DNA from: Dipteris shenzhenensis
Taxonomy: Eukaryota
DNA length: 64,000 bases
NCBI GenBank assembly: GCA_047967505.1
Contig: CM106538.1
Reading direction: 5' to 3' (one strand)
In this document: positions 13,824-26,479 of the stretch, one piece after another
Position numbering within the stretch: the stretch's first letter is position 1
Layout of the letters: each line of letters starts with the position of its first letter
Made by a program: the position numbers and the translations under genes
The notes under the pieces: model-generated
Database searches by the model: none
Told to the model about the DNA's origin: nothing
What the model saw: only the letters and a program-made list of their open reading frames with translations

Positions 13824-15276
13824 ATGTGGCCAGGAAGCGCTTCCAGCTCACCTGATCCCCGGGAGTCTATTTGGAAGGACTTATATAACCTTTTAGGGCA
13901 CCCTCCTAGTCCTGCGGAGTTATACGGGTATATGATGGGTACTCTAAACACTCTCCAGGAGTCGGCACTACAGACTCCAAGCCACCCCACACCGCCTGAG
14001 ATCACCCCAGCGGAGTAAGCATAGCCGTCTTATGCCCCTTCTTATGCCCTTCCCCCTTACCATCTTATGTCCCTTCCCCCATGCCGTCTTATGTCCCTTC
14101 TGCCATCCCATCTTATGCCCTTCCCCCATGCCGTCAGGAGGTCCTTCTATCTCGCAGAGCCGTCGACGTACTCCTATGCCGTCGAGACTCGGTTCTCCAG
14201 CTACGAGTGGTCAGCGTAGTCCCGTGCAGTCTCCAGCTACGAGTGGCCAGCGTACGAGCTCGACACGATAGGGTAGCAGGCGTAGTAGCAAGGAGAGCGG
14301 TGGGGGATGCATGGCACAGTGCTTTGGGCCATGTGGCGATGGGGAGGATGATGATTCAGATGATTTAGACGTGCCTCTGGGTGATGGTACGATTTATTAT
14401 GACATCACTCAGACAGGAGGCATCTTGATGGATGTGTGAGGGAAGGACATCATGGCCTTCATGCGCTCTGTAATTGCTAACAATTATAGAGATTGCTTTA
14501 TCCACTACAAAGATCACCCAAAGAGGTTGGCTGATGAGACCCTCGCTACTGTTCGCTCTAGGTATCCTAACCCCCCCAATCGCCAGTTCACAGATAAATG
14601 GGCCAAGTTAAAGATTGTTATGATACTTGGCAATAAAAGATCTTCGCTTAAGAGGCAAGCACTAGCAGAGCTTGCCAGACTTGAGGCAGGTCAACCACCA
14701 AGGGGCCGACCCCACACCGCTCACAAGCGTGAGTGGAAGAAGGCAATGAAGTCAGCAAGGGAGGACCCCAGTCTGCAGCACGTGGAGGCACGGAGGATCT
14801 AGATGGAGAAATATGGAAGCGCGCATTTTGGAGCAGAGGGTGTTGAATCATGGGAGGCCTAATTTATAAGTATCGATCTCAAATTATATTGCTTATGTAG
14901 TTTATTAGGAGGTTGTTTCTTTGTACTAATCCCTCCACAAAGTGTGTCATCATGCAGCTTGAGATCATGGGCAAATACCCTACTCCTGTGGAGACAGCCT
15001 ACCACCGCCACCATCGCAGAGGAGATACATGGAGGCACTTCTATGATGACGGGTTGATTACTGAGGAGCAGTATACCCGGGCTACTGGAGTGGCCCCCCA
15101 GGTATTTGAAAGTAATTAAAATTATAAGTAAAGATTTGATTTTTCATACATTGATATATGTTGTCCCTTGTTTATAGGCCCATGCACAAGATGATGAGGA
15201 AGAGGAGGAAGGAGGCGCAAAAGGGAGCGCAGAAGGGAGCGTGGAAGGGAGCGAGGACCTGGAGAACATAGATTAG
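13824..15276 (+). pseudogene. Accessory (TnpA-like) gene of copy 2, divergent from the transposase
   Basis: ORF pieces 13824-14018, 14452-14802, 14913-15119 with AHFGAEG motif and acidic tail; in-frame stops at CAG/CAA-type codons. Confidence 0.7.
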
Positions 15277-18200
15277 TCGTACAAGTAGTGCTAGCTACTC
15301 TTTTTTGTACTTAAAGCCATTGGCTTGGCTTTGTGCCTCTTGTATATACACTCCTCTTATTTTTTGTACTTGAAGCCACATGACATGGCTTAGCTTCGTG
15401 CTATATGTATATACAAGTACGTTTTGAGCTTTTAATTTTATTGCGTTTCGGAGTTATAATGTTTTATTTGGAATTATAATTAAAATGCGGTTGGCTGTAG
15501 GAATCGAATTACACAATGTGGATATGGGATTCTTGTAACTATATAGCATACACAACATACACAGCATTCTATTTTTTTTTTTTTTTAAAGCACGTCTATC
15601 AGTGCGTTTAAAAACGTGTTTATATATGCGTCTGTCTATTCGACTTGCATCTATATTTGCGTCTATAAATGCGTTTATAAGCACGTCTATTTATGCATCT
15701 AAGTGCGTGTCTATAAGTGCGTGTGTCTGATATTTAGATGCGTAATTAGACGTGCAAATAGACGCGCCCGTAAGTTTTTTATTTAGTTCAGTAAACGCGT
15801 CTGTGCACGCGTCTATGGGTGCTTTGTCTTGTTGTGTATAGAAGCTGGACAACTATGCCCTTCTTAATTCTTGACTAGATCTATTTTCAATTGTGGTTAC
15901 CTTTAAGCATTCGCAATCATTACAATCTTTTTCCTTCACTTGCCGGCATAATATAATTCTCTCTGCACTCAAGAAATTACATGCCCCTATTGATGTTTGA
16001 CAACCTAGATTCCTCTAACCATATGGGTGTATTCTTTAATGTGAGGCCTTTTGGCTATTACTTTTTGACTTTGAAGTTGGCAATCAATCCAAAGGGTAGC
16101 ATCTATTTCTTTTTTTTTGGGTAAGACTAAGAATCAAATTCTAAGGACATGTCCTTTGCGATAGTGGTACTTCACTCCACATATCTACCTATCTTTTTCT
16201 TACTAGGAAGATGGATATGAAGCTCTGTCTTGTAACTAAAATGATGCCACATAGACTTATCTATAATGCCAAAAGTGCATATGTTAATGATAACACACTT
16301 GTCAATTTTCAAAATTAATTCCCTTTGGTGATACAAAAAGTGTACCTCATGCATTAGTAATGGTAAAAATTTAGTAGAAAAAATCTCAACATTTTAAGCT
16401 TGTGGCCTTGACTACATTGGCAAATAGAATAAGGACACTATCTTCGATAAACATGAGTACATATGCAAGTTGACACATGCTTCTATAAGTCCATGCCTGG
16501 CCTAGTTAGTAAGGCTAGATGTTAGCATCACTTGTTAGGAGTGGGGGTGCAATCAGTTAAGTAGGGTGTCATGGTACAACTCTATAGCATCATTTTCTTC
16601 ATGAAGCAATAATTCCTTAGTTTTGGCTTGTTATGCTTATGCTCTCCTCTAGATTGTATTATCCTATTCTTTCTTGGCCTACGTATCTGTGATCCCTTTG
16701 CCTAATGCGCCACTGGTGGCCTATTCCTGCTTCTCCCTTCTTCCTCTTTCTCCCTCGTCACATGTATAACTAGTCTTGACCTTTTACCAGGATTTTATTC
16801 CATCAGACATCTTTGTAATCTAAGTACATATATTTCTCTCTATTTTTTTTTGGCATACTTTCCAACTTCTTCCCCTTTTGTCTTACATCTCCATTGTCTT
16901 TGAGTTGCATAGCCCTCAAGGTGTACATGAAAAAGATTCCTAGCCTTTTTCCTTTCCTCTTGTACAGTGTTACAGTTTGTAAGGCATCTTAATACTATGT
17001 TTCTCACTTCTATTTCGCACTCCCTTCCTCTAGTCTATCTGGTCAAGTTGTGGATAGAAACATCAACTCGTAAAAGGTATTAGTTTTTGTCCATATGCTT
17101 ATTTTGGTGCCAATGTTCTGAAAACTATGGTGGATTTAGAGTCTTTTGCAAGGGCATTGCCTAGTTTATTTGAAAATTAGAAGGTTAATGGAGCATGATC
17201 CTATGGACTCATCATAGTTGGAAGGCATAGTGTTTATAGAAAAATACAATCTACTAATAAGAGCATAAGGATGAATGCCCATACATGAAAGGTCTAGTGA
17301 CATAAGGATGGATGTGCATCATGAAAGGTTAAGTGAATTTGCAAAAAAAAAATCTTATATTAGACCTTTCTTGCAAGTAGACTCAAAGTCAACTCTATTA
17401 TTCATTATCTAGAGGGAAAGCTCTTGGGGCTTGATTTATATGTCCTTTTCACTCATGACATATCATGTTCTATTCTTCAAAAATTCCTATGGTCCTTTAG
17501 GTGATCGTCTTTCATGGCTCCATTCAACCATTAGATTTCCTTTTAGTTTTCAAGAACTTTTGAGACCGAAGGAAAAGTATGATGTGGTTGCAAAGGGTCT
17601 CTTAGATATTCTACAAGACTACCCTTTTAAAGCTTTGGGATGGTTGTTTTAAATTTAATGAAGGCATTGAAGGGCTCTTTTTTCTTAATCAGCTTTCATC
17701 TTATTGTTTGTCTTTCTAGTTGAATTCGCCTCGAGAAAAACAGTATTAGAGGATGCGCCTTGCATTTCCTTAGGAATCCAATGGTGTGCAAAAAGGTAAA
17801 AATTTCATGTTAGAATTCGTAGGCTGGGGACCATATATTGTGTTATTCATGCGTTGCATCACCGATTTGCTATCCATCGCATCGTTGGGAATTGACGTTA
17901 TACTTTCATGAATCGACTTTAATAGCGTCTCTTTTAAAAGAATCCCGAGCTTGTTGCTTTAAATGATTGACAAAATCCACAGCGTGAGCTTCAGTTTTCA
18001 CTTTTGACAAGATGTACCTTTAAGGGTATGCTTGGGATTCGTGTACTGGTCTTGGGTTCTGGAAAGAAAGAATCTTAATTGGGATATACTCTGAACTCGG
18101 GACTTGCCTTGGCTCCGTTCGACACTGCAAAGGCATTGCGAATGATCGACCACATCACTAGGCTCGCGTGCTGGAGATTAAGCTTGCAAGTTCCGATCTT

Positions 18201-20157
18201 AGCAGGCCTCCATGTCGAAATGGTCGCTATGTTTCGCACCTAGAAGAGGGATGGTATTTGAGGCTTTTGATTATACGAGGATGCCAAACGCAGTGCGATC
18301 TGCTTGCTAAACCTAAACGGTGCAAGCGTAGGTCATGGTCGGGCAGCGAGCTGCCAGTGCACTTGCGATAGCCCCAACGCATACGATTCCGAGTACATTT
18401 GGAGTCTTGACCACAATCATCCACAATTGGGAGTGAGCGAGGCCTGCAACCTGACATGTCCCTTAGCTTTTCGTTCGTCCTACACAGCACTCATGGGTGT
18501 TCTTGTTTTCTAGCTTCCTGGAAAGTATCGGCACGGGGCTTGTCTGGGCTTTCTATTCTATGTCACTAACGTGTTGAGCTGGTCACGAGAAAAAACGATG
18601 CTAGTAATAAGGTCTATATTGATCTAGCATGCCCTTCGGATTTTCCCACTGACGACGTTATACGGTGCAATATGTGGTAGTCACGAGAAGAAACAATCCC
18701 GACAGCGTTTTTGCATTTATCAGATCAAGCTTGCAGAAAAGATCTCAGCAGGAACAGTGATATCGGCTAACTGCTTTAGTTCTGACTCGACTGCGGCCCA
18801 CGAGGGTATAACCGGAATCGATTGTCGAGCCGGCTCGCCGCTGGTCTCAAATGCGAGGGTTGAGAAACGCCAAGATGCCCATCATGTGAGCCTTGAGACA
18901 CTCTGAGCTGATTCAGACCGAGCATGGAGTGCACGAGCGACGGCTTGGTTTAACAGCAGGCGCAGACTGCAGTATCGGCGCCTCCGCGACGGCCCGCGGC
19001 GAGCTCTGAGGGTTGGGAATCTTGACAGGACGGGGGGCAAGGACTGCGGGTGGAACATAGCAATCGAGATCCGTTTGATGGCGAGCCGCGAGTGAATGCG
19101 ATGACGTTATTGAACTAGCTGCGCTTGCGTGAAAGGGAGAGACGGAGAACACTTTTCGTGCTTGTAACTCAGTCGTAAGTCGCGGGCACAAGCCTCTCCC
19201 GCAGCTACGAGCCGCACATCGCGAGAACCCTATCTTATAATATAAGCACGCTAAGGTCGGTGCTCTAGGAAGCAGCAGGGGTGATGACTACTTACGTGGA
19301 GTCGTGTACGTGCGACGTTGTGTTTAGGTGATTGGAGGTACCGACTACGTTTTCATAGTCTGATGATGGCTTTCTTTCATCCCCTACACATTCGAGGCCC
19401 TAGACTCTTGGAGATAGTTGTGTCTATTTTTCCCACGTGAAGAATTCAAGGGAGGCTCTGTAAGGGGGAAAAAAAGAGTGAAAAACACGTCTCCACTTGA
19501 TTCGACGCATTCTCTTTGTCAAACCGGCTGGAGCACGGGGGGTAAGATTGAATCTAAGCCCATCGAGGCCAGTAAAAGGCGTTATAGGTCTAGCGACCAT
19601 ACAATTGAGCAAATTTGAGCTGATTAGTCTTTTTTGTCACAGCGATGGGGTTGGATCGTGGATGTGTGTGGGCAACTGGATGTGTGCGCGACTCTTGCTT
19701 GAGATGCAAGAACGGATTAGGTTAAACAACGGGTATAATAATAACTAATAACAGCAGGACAAGAGGGGAGAAAAGGAACGGAGAGATCTAAACAACGATG
19801 AGCAGGTAAACAAGTACGTGAAGGGACAGGAGCATCTAAATTAAGATAATCGTGGGGAGGGAAGCTACCAGAGGTATACGTGAACGACAGGAGGAAGGAG
19901 GAGGACGAGGAGGAGACAAGGGGAAGGACAAGAAAAGCTGGAGGAGAGAGAGATCAGAATGGAACGCGTGAAGGTTGTGCATGGGAAGAAGGGGATAGTG
20001 CATGGCGACGATACAAACGTCAAGGTACTTGGCAACAATCGCCTGCCGAGGCCGGCTCTGTGTGTGTATAACAGTGTAAGACTGAAGTCTCAAAGTATCA
20101 CGGCCGTCAGGGTTTTACAATGACAGTGGAAGTTTAACCAGAAAAAGTGTCCCTAAT

Positions 20158-20164
20158 TATATAA
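20158..20164 (+). promoter_or_regulatory. Probable TATA box of the zinc-finger gene
   Basis: TATATAA followed about 35 bp later by a long CT-rich (Y-patch-like) leader at 20200-20520. Confidence 0.55.
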
Positions 20165-20646
20165 GCATTCGACGTAAGCTAAGAAAGCTGGTTGGTACTC
20201 TTTCTGCGCTCTCTCTCTCTCTCTCTCTCGCCTTCACCATCGTCTTCCCTGCTGCACTCCCTCGTCCCTCCAACTGCTGCTGCACTCCCTCCTCCTCCAA
20301 CTGCTGCTCCTCCTCCTCTTCCCTCCCTCTCCTCTCCCTCCCTCCATCCCTTCCTTCCTCCCTCCCCCCCTCGTCCTCTCCCTTCAGCTCTTGATCTCCC
20401 CCCCTTCATCTCTGTTTCAATCTTCCTCCCCACCTCACTTCCACCCATCAGCTCCTCCTCCTCCCCTTCCACCCAGCTCGCCTCCCCCCTCACCCTCTCT
20501 TCGCTTCCTCTCCCCCCACCTGCTGCAGCTTCTTCTATTATTGTTATCCTCGTACCTCTGCCAATAACACATCCATTCCCCCACACGTGAAACGCGAACC
20601 ATAGTTACGAGAGACGCCGTCCAGGACTCCACTGCAGCTGCATTGA

Positions 20647-20727
20647 ATGTTTGGTCACAATACGACTGTCATTTGTTGTTGTAAAGACCGTGTTCGGCAC
20701 TCCGTCCGTGCGATCGATTATCGGTGA
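20647..20727 (+). other. Upstream ORF (26 aa) in the predicted 5' leader
   Basis: ATG TTT GGT...CGG TGA; the only ATG I found between the TATA box and the main ATG. Confidence 0.45.
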
Positions 20728-20833
20728 TCTGGTGAGAGATCGAGGACCTTTTTTGTCACGGACTCGAACAGACGTCTAACAATTGCCACAGATTTGTCTG
20801 CTGGAACTATTGAATTGGACCGGATTCAGGTCA

Positions 20834-21763
20834 ATGGCCGCCAACGTTGCCATCCCTCCGAGACAAGAGCAGCGGCAACCAGCAACAGCTTCTACACGCA
20901 CATGGCCGGCATGGACGACCGTGCAAGAGGCGCCCGGCGTTGTAGTAACGGAAGACGACTCCTGGGAAGCCAGAGCTTTCCTTGAGGATTCCAGCAGCCT
21001 CAGTGGTGGGACTTGGCCTCCTCGTTCCTACCCTTGCAACTTTTGTCGACGCGAATTTAGGTCTGCTCAAGCTCTAGGCGGTCACATGAACGTGCATCGT
21101 CGTGAGCGAGCTCGACTCCGACAATGCTCGCCTTCGGAAGAGTCACCCCCGACCGTAGATGTTCCTCTTTCGCTAGCGTATGATTCGCAGACTGGGGACT
21201 ACACTCAAAGCATGTGCATCATGTATCCCGTGTCCGGTGATTTACAATCTGGCCTCGGTTCCCCTTCTCTTCAGCTATCCCCAAGCTCAACCGTCATTTC
21301 CACACCCTCGTTAGTCTGTCCTATACCCACATCTTTTCCGTTTTCCCATCACCTCTCCTCCAGTGATTTTCCCCCGACCGATACATCTTCGTGTTCGCAT
21401 TGGCCACTCTCAGGCTCCGCACCTCCTCTTTCAGCCTTCCAATCTACGTCCCCGGAATCAAATTTCTCACCTATGTCTCTTCCTGGCCATGGGTGCATAG
21501 TAGTCTCTCAGCAGCGCTCAAATTCAGGATTCCCTGACAAAAACACACCGCAGGCCGAAGTTACGACGTCGCTGCTTCCCCTGAAGAGCGAGAGCTCCAG
21601 GAAAAAGTCCGCTTTAACTGGAGGTTTTCAGCCGTATCAGACTGTATTGTTCAAACATCCTGATACCATGCTTGTTGCTCGGCTGGATCCTAAAAAAGAC
21701 ATCGAGAACGAGTACGTTCCGGACGGGTTAGACTTGGAGTTAAGACTCGGCCAAAGGCCCTGA
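20834..21763 (+). CDS. Single C2H2 zinc-finger transcriptional repressor, SUPERMAN/RABBIT EARS-like, 309 aa, intronless
   Basis: WEARAFLED...[35 protein letters not shown] and C-terminal EAR motif LDLELRL; intact frame; AATAAA at 21831-21836; ATG at 20834 preferred over the TTG at 20783. Confidence 0.95.
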   Translation: MAANVAIPPRQEQRQPATASTRTWPAWTTVQEAPGVVVTEDDSWEARAFLEDSSSLSGGTWPPRSYPCNFCRREFRSAQALGGHMNVHRRERARLRQCSPSEESPPTVDVPLSLAYDSQTGDYTQSMCIMYPVSGDLQSGLGSPSLQLSPSSTVISTPSLVCPIPTSFPFSHHLSSSDFPPTDTSSCSHWPLSGSAPPLSAFQSTSPESNFSPMSLPGHGCIVVSQQRSNSGFPDKNTPQAEVTTSLLPLKSESSRKKSALTGGFQPYQTVLFKHPDTMLVARLDPKKDIENEYVPDGLDLELRLGQRP

Positions 21764-23021
21764 ACTGTGCGAAGTATTCTGCGGGATTTAAACTAGTAAG
21801 AAACCAAAGCTCTGTTATTTCATTCAATTTAATAAATCGCAGCAATTAATCTATTTCAATTCTCTAAAATGTTGTTCAAGACAGTTTCCTGTGTTTTCCT
21901 TGGACGTATGTATCTTGTTAACATCAGCTTTCAAGTAGCTCTCTACGAAGCCATGAAAATGTTAGTAATGGCAAGGCTTCCTTCCCACTAATCCTACGTT
22001 CCGCTCTTCACGTAAGACCGCAATTGAGGACCAGAATGCAACCTCGTTGCATGGAGCGTACATTTAAACGACAACATTACCCTAACCACAGAAACGGGAG
22101 GGTATCACACCTATAGAACACAATGTTCTATTGCTGCCAGAGTTGCATTGAAGGTGTAGCCAAGAGCTTATGACCAGCTTGGATGTAAACGCTTGCGAGC
22201 TGTGATGATGGCAAATGCACGGAGCTTTGCAAGGGGCCGAACTCTTCAAAGGCGGACAGTAGAAAGGGGAGCATGTCTTAATCTTATCGTGAAGGGACGT
22301 TGGACGCCCATTTCTGCGAGACACAATGTATTCTTATGTATCATAGCTTTGCATCCAAGTAGACGCCCATGACTTGAACCAGACCCTGACGACTTATCCA
22401 AGCCCTTCGGCATGGATAACTCCTAGTTGATCATTAGTTACAACACTTGCAAGCGTGGTCTTAGTAGCCTCCACTAACCCACAGCTCGGCTCATACTAAG
22501 GTTTTGATATCGAGTTGACTCTTTTATCTTTAAACGTAAGGTAATGAGGCTAGGGAGACTTCTGCTCATTTCTTTTCAAAAAAATTAACACGGTTTACCT
22601 CTGTTTAGTTACTTCTTTCCATTGTCTTTGTATCATTTCCCTCATTATCATTGTTTCTTGTGCATTCATTTGTCCCACACGTATCCTACCTTCTGCTCCT
22701 AATAGTTTTTACTTTATGCTTCATAAGGAGTTTTATGATGGTGCCTTAGCTCTAATGGGTTTTGCCACATATTGTCTTTTCGTTTAATGATTGAGATGTA
22801 ATTGCTTAACTATAATGGTGTTGTTTCATAGATCAAGGACTATGTATAGTTCTTGCATCATTGAACCGAATTTGAATTAAATTTAATATGGAAATTTCCA
22901 AGAAGAGATGAAGAAAGACGTGGTAGTGGGGATCACTCAAGAGCCAAGGATGGAGTGGGTTCGAATTCTGTCTCTTGAGACTATCCTTAGCCCGTTGAGG
23001 CATTAATGGATGTCCACTAAA

Positions 23022-23860
23022 TGGTCAGTAACAACATCTTTATCTGGTGGTCACATGGTAAGGTATACGACCACTCCTTGTCAGTAACAACATCTTTATC
23101 TGGTGGTCACATGGTCAGTAACAACATTTTTATCTGGTGGTCACATGGTAAGGTATATGACCACTCCTTGTTAGGCCTACCTTATTATTAAGAACAAGCC
23201 AATGCATTTCAACCTAGTTGGCTAATGATTATCTAGTGAAGAAGTTTCAATCTTATAACTGTGATAGTCCTATGCTGGAACCCAAAATAATTTTCACTAA
23301 CACATATACAAATATGAATTACAATTTACATCTTCATGATGGTTCATATATTATACATGATCTGAATGCTTCTCAAATGGTGTGTGGGCTTCATTCCATT
23401 ATGGGGTATTTATACAAGTTGGAGAGCTTCTCTCTCACAAAGTTGTAGCAATCCAATAATCTTATTATTTGATTTTTTATGTACATGGTTAGTGTGTCCC
23501 ACCTAGCTCGTCACATACAACCACCCTAGTTAGTTGGTTGATGGATGCCAAATATCCAATTCTTGACCAACTTACTAGTTATCCAACTAGATCATTGCCA
23601 GCCAACCACCTAGTGAGAGTCAGCTAGTTCAAACATGGAATTGGTTTGAACAACTAGGCAAGGTACTTGACTAGATTGGCCAAGCTGCAACATGCCCATC
23701 AAAATGGGTTAGCTAGGCTTGCTAAGGTTTGGGGCTTTGAACATGCTAGCTCAAACCTGGCATGGGTTTGAACAACTAGGCAAGGTACTTAACTAGATTG
23801 GCCAAGCAACATGCCCATCAAAATGGGTTAGCTAGGCTTGCTAAGGTTTGGGGCTTTGAA
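23022..23860. repeat. Short local tandem duplications
   Basis: GTCAGTAACAACATCTTTATCTGGTGGTCACATGGT x3 at about 23024-23150; ~118-bp unit twice at about 23625-23860. Confidence 0.8.
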
Positions 23861-24949
23861 CCAAAGCTACACTAAGATGTATAAATGAATTCAAATTCTA
23901 TTTCATTCACATAGTAGGGTTGAATGAACTAATAAAATTCTATAAAATCAAGAAAATAGAGGTAATAGGATTAAGTTAATGTATTAGCATGTCATTGAGC
24001 AAGCAAGTGTATTGTTTCGGTATTATATGTTTGGCCATGGTCAGTACTCCACCGAGCAATATGTAAGATATCACGTGCATTCATTAGAAGGGGTTTGTAA
24101 TTTAGACATCTCACAACTCTTAGGGATCCATTACTTATTGACACTTGCTTTTGGGTTGCCATAGGTCATGAGCTAATAGCTACCTCTGGAACCTCTTAAA
24201 TGGGAATGCTCCTAGCTTATAATGGAATCTTCTTTGCTTCTCCTCTTCCCAAAGTGCAACGTGTTGTTGGGCCTCATTTTCCCAAAGAGACATGCACCAC
24301 TCAAGTAGCACTGAGGGAAGTTGTCGTCCGAAAAAAGAGAAGGTTGCACAGGCTTCAAAGTATATGAAGGAGTATGGTAAAATATGTATGTAAGATAAGG
24401 ATCTTTATATTTATCCAATGAAAGCACATGCTAGATTAGGATTTTTACATAGGGAATACTCGAGTGTTTTGCATACTCTTCTTGTTGTAAAGGTCCCTCT
24501 TGTTTGCCGGCATTCTTATGTCTTTATATGATATATTTTCAATATACTAATAAATTTCATTTTGCAAAGATCAAGAATTTAGGATTGATCAAACCAAAAA
24601 AAGGGCACCAAAATGGGGATAAAAAATGATTCTGGGAAAAAAATACATATTTGTATAGAAAAAGGGTACATTTCATTAATGGAAAAATCACAGATAAGGG
24701 ATTTTACAAATAGGCCTTGAATGCATGTGATATAGAGGGTTTATACATAGTGACTCCCCTGAGCCCTTCAGGATCTATGAGACTGGTGCTCATTATCAAC
24801 AAATAGTGAGCTTTCACATCAATGAAGTAAAATACTATAGACTTTCCATGTAGTTAGAACTTGATGCACTTGCTTATGTGCCAGCCAATGTATCCTATCC
24901 TATTGCAATGTTTCAAAACTTCTTTTAGATAAATCCCTAGGTTTGTAGT

Positions 24950-25639
24950 AGGTTGCTTTAACAAAATTTTTAGGTTGCCTCGATTGTCATCATATCTTTC
25001 TTTGACGTGAACATAGTCTTGGCATCTTAGGAGTACATGTTGCCCATTTTTCTCTGATTTTCTACCTCCAATGTGGGGGAGATATTACATATCCTTTCTT
25101 CTATTAGGACTTTAGGTCTTTCCCATCTTCCATTCTCCACTTCTAGATCCTATGAACTAGTTCTCATTTTTCATATTAGATGCCTTTTAAACATTGCAAT
25201 GTCTCACCCTTGGAATTTTTGCATCTTGCAGCTGTCCACTAGATTAATTTCATATTTGTAAACTACATTTTGGACCTTGTGTACTTTTACCATAATTTGT
25301 TTAGCATCTTCTTAGTCACTAATTCCCTAATCTCACATGCATCCTCTAGTATATTGACAGTTGCTTTACCCTATCCTTCCATTCATTTTGTCCCATCTCA
25401 GCATGGTTTGTGTAGCTTCCAATGCCTTGTGAGGTATCCTACTACATCCACCATCTTCTCCACTTTGTTTGAGGTAGATCATGAATTGGCATATGGCCTT
25501 CCCTTTGGGAGGTATCATACTCATCTCAGCTAGTATGATCGGGTAGGGTATCTATGTCTTAACCCACAATTCCCCTATGATAAATCTTTTATGTAAAGTT
25601 TCTATTCTTTTCTATTGGGTCCTAGAGAGCCCAGAAGCC
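24950..25639 (-). mobile_element. 3' part of a decayed LINE ORF2 (C-terminal CCHC-type region)
   Basis: Minus strand reads KRIETLHKRF...IILAEM and MRTSS*DLEVENGRW...EERIC...EVE...HVLLRCQDY. Confidence 0.7.
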
Positions 25640-25849
25640 CATTATGAAAAAATGGAGCTCATTTTGGGGCCCTATAAGAAATTCATGATTTTCTTATTTC
25701 TTTGGCTACTAGAGTGAGAAGAATAACTTTACATGATCGAGCAATCAATCAAAGGTATAAATTAAGAAAGATATAAATTGACATCTTAAAGTTCCTACTC
25801 TTGCTTTTGAATTCTAGACGAGTCCATTATAAATGCTACATCCAAGGAC

Positions 25850-26385
25850 CCAAATGGATTTCTACCACCTTGGTGTAGACTTTAGTATTCTTTTACATCA
25901 TCATAGTCTCTAGATCATGCTAAAACCTCCAAAACAACATTTGAATCACTAATTTTGGACACTTGAAGGGGACAAAATGATTAAAATAGGCACCACAAAA
26001 CACTGTGCTCAAGAAGCAATTAAGGCACCTAGAAAACCTCTTAAAAAACTTTTCAGTCACTAAGTTTAGATGCCCAAAGGGGTCAAAATTACCAAAATAG
26101 GTGCCACAAAGCACCGTTCTCATCAAGAAAGTGATTTGTGCACTTGGCTCCTAAGGCCCAAATTATTTTCTTGAGCATAGTGCTCTGTGGCACCTTAGGA
26201 TCCAAGTGCCCAAATCGGTTTCTTGGGCACAATGCTCTATGGCACCTATTTTGGTCATTTTGACTACTCTAGGTATCCAAACTTAATAATCCAAAGTCAT
26301 TTTGGGGGTTTTCTCCTGCTTTGGATAAAATGGTGATGTCATAAAAACCCTAAATTGTACACCAAAATAGTAAAAAGATTCGGGC
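25850..26385. repeat. Degenerate long inverted repeat (foldback/MITE-like)
   Basis: 25850-26030 resembles the rc of 26200-26385 (e.g. CAAAATGATTAAAATAGGCACCACA vs rc CAAAATGACCAAAATAGGTGCCATA). Confidence 0.6.
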
Positions 26386-26479
26386 AAGTAGCTGTATTGA
26401 CGAAGGATATATTTTATTTGAATTTTGTTAGCTTATCATATAACCAAACACTTGTTTTTTGAAAATTGAATCTAGCACA

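Larger units (their letters stand above)
8525..15836. mobile_element. Complete 7.3-kb En/Spm-like element with CACAA termini (copy 2), TAT TSD
   Basis: Left CACAACAACACAAAGCAACTATAGA, right rc CACAACAAGACAAAGCACCCATAGA; TAT at 8522-8524 and 15837-15839; paralogous empty site GATAAGTGATATAGAAGCT at about 5813-5831. Confidence 0.95.
8121..18250. repeat. Unit B of the tandem duplication, interrupted by CACAA copy 2
   Basis: Matches unit A once 8525-15839 is removed. Confidence 0.85.

Noticed and set aside
20179-20632. Pro/Ser- and Gly/Glu-rich ORFs upstream of the zinc-finger gene
   Set aside because: Translations of the CT-rich leader with non-ATG starts
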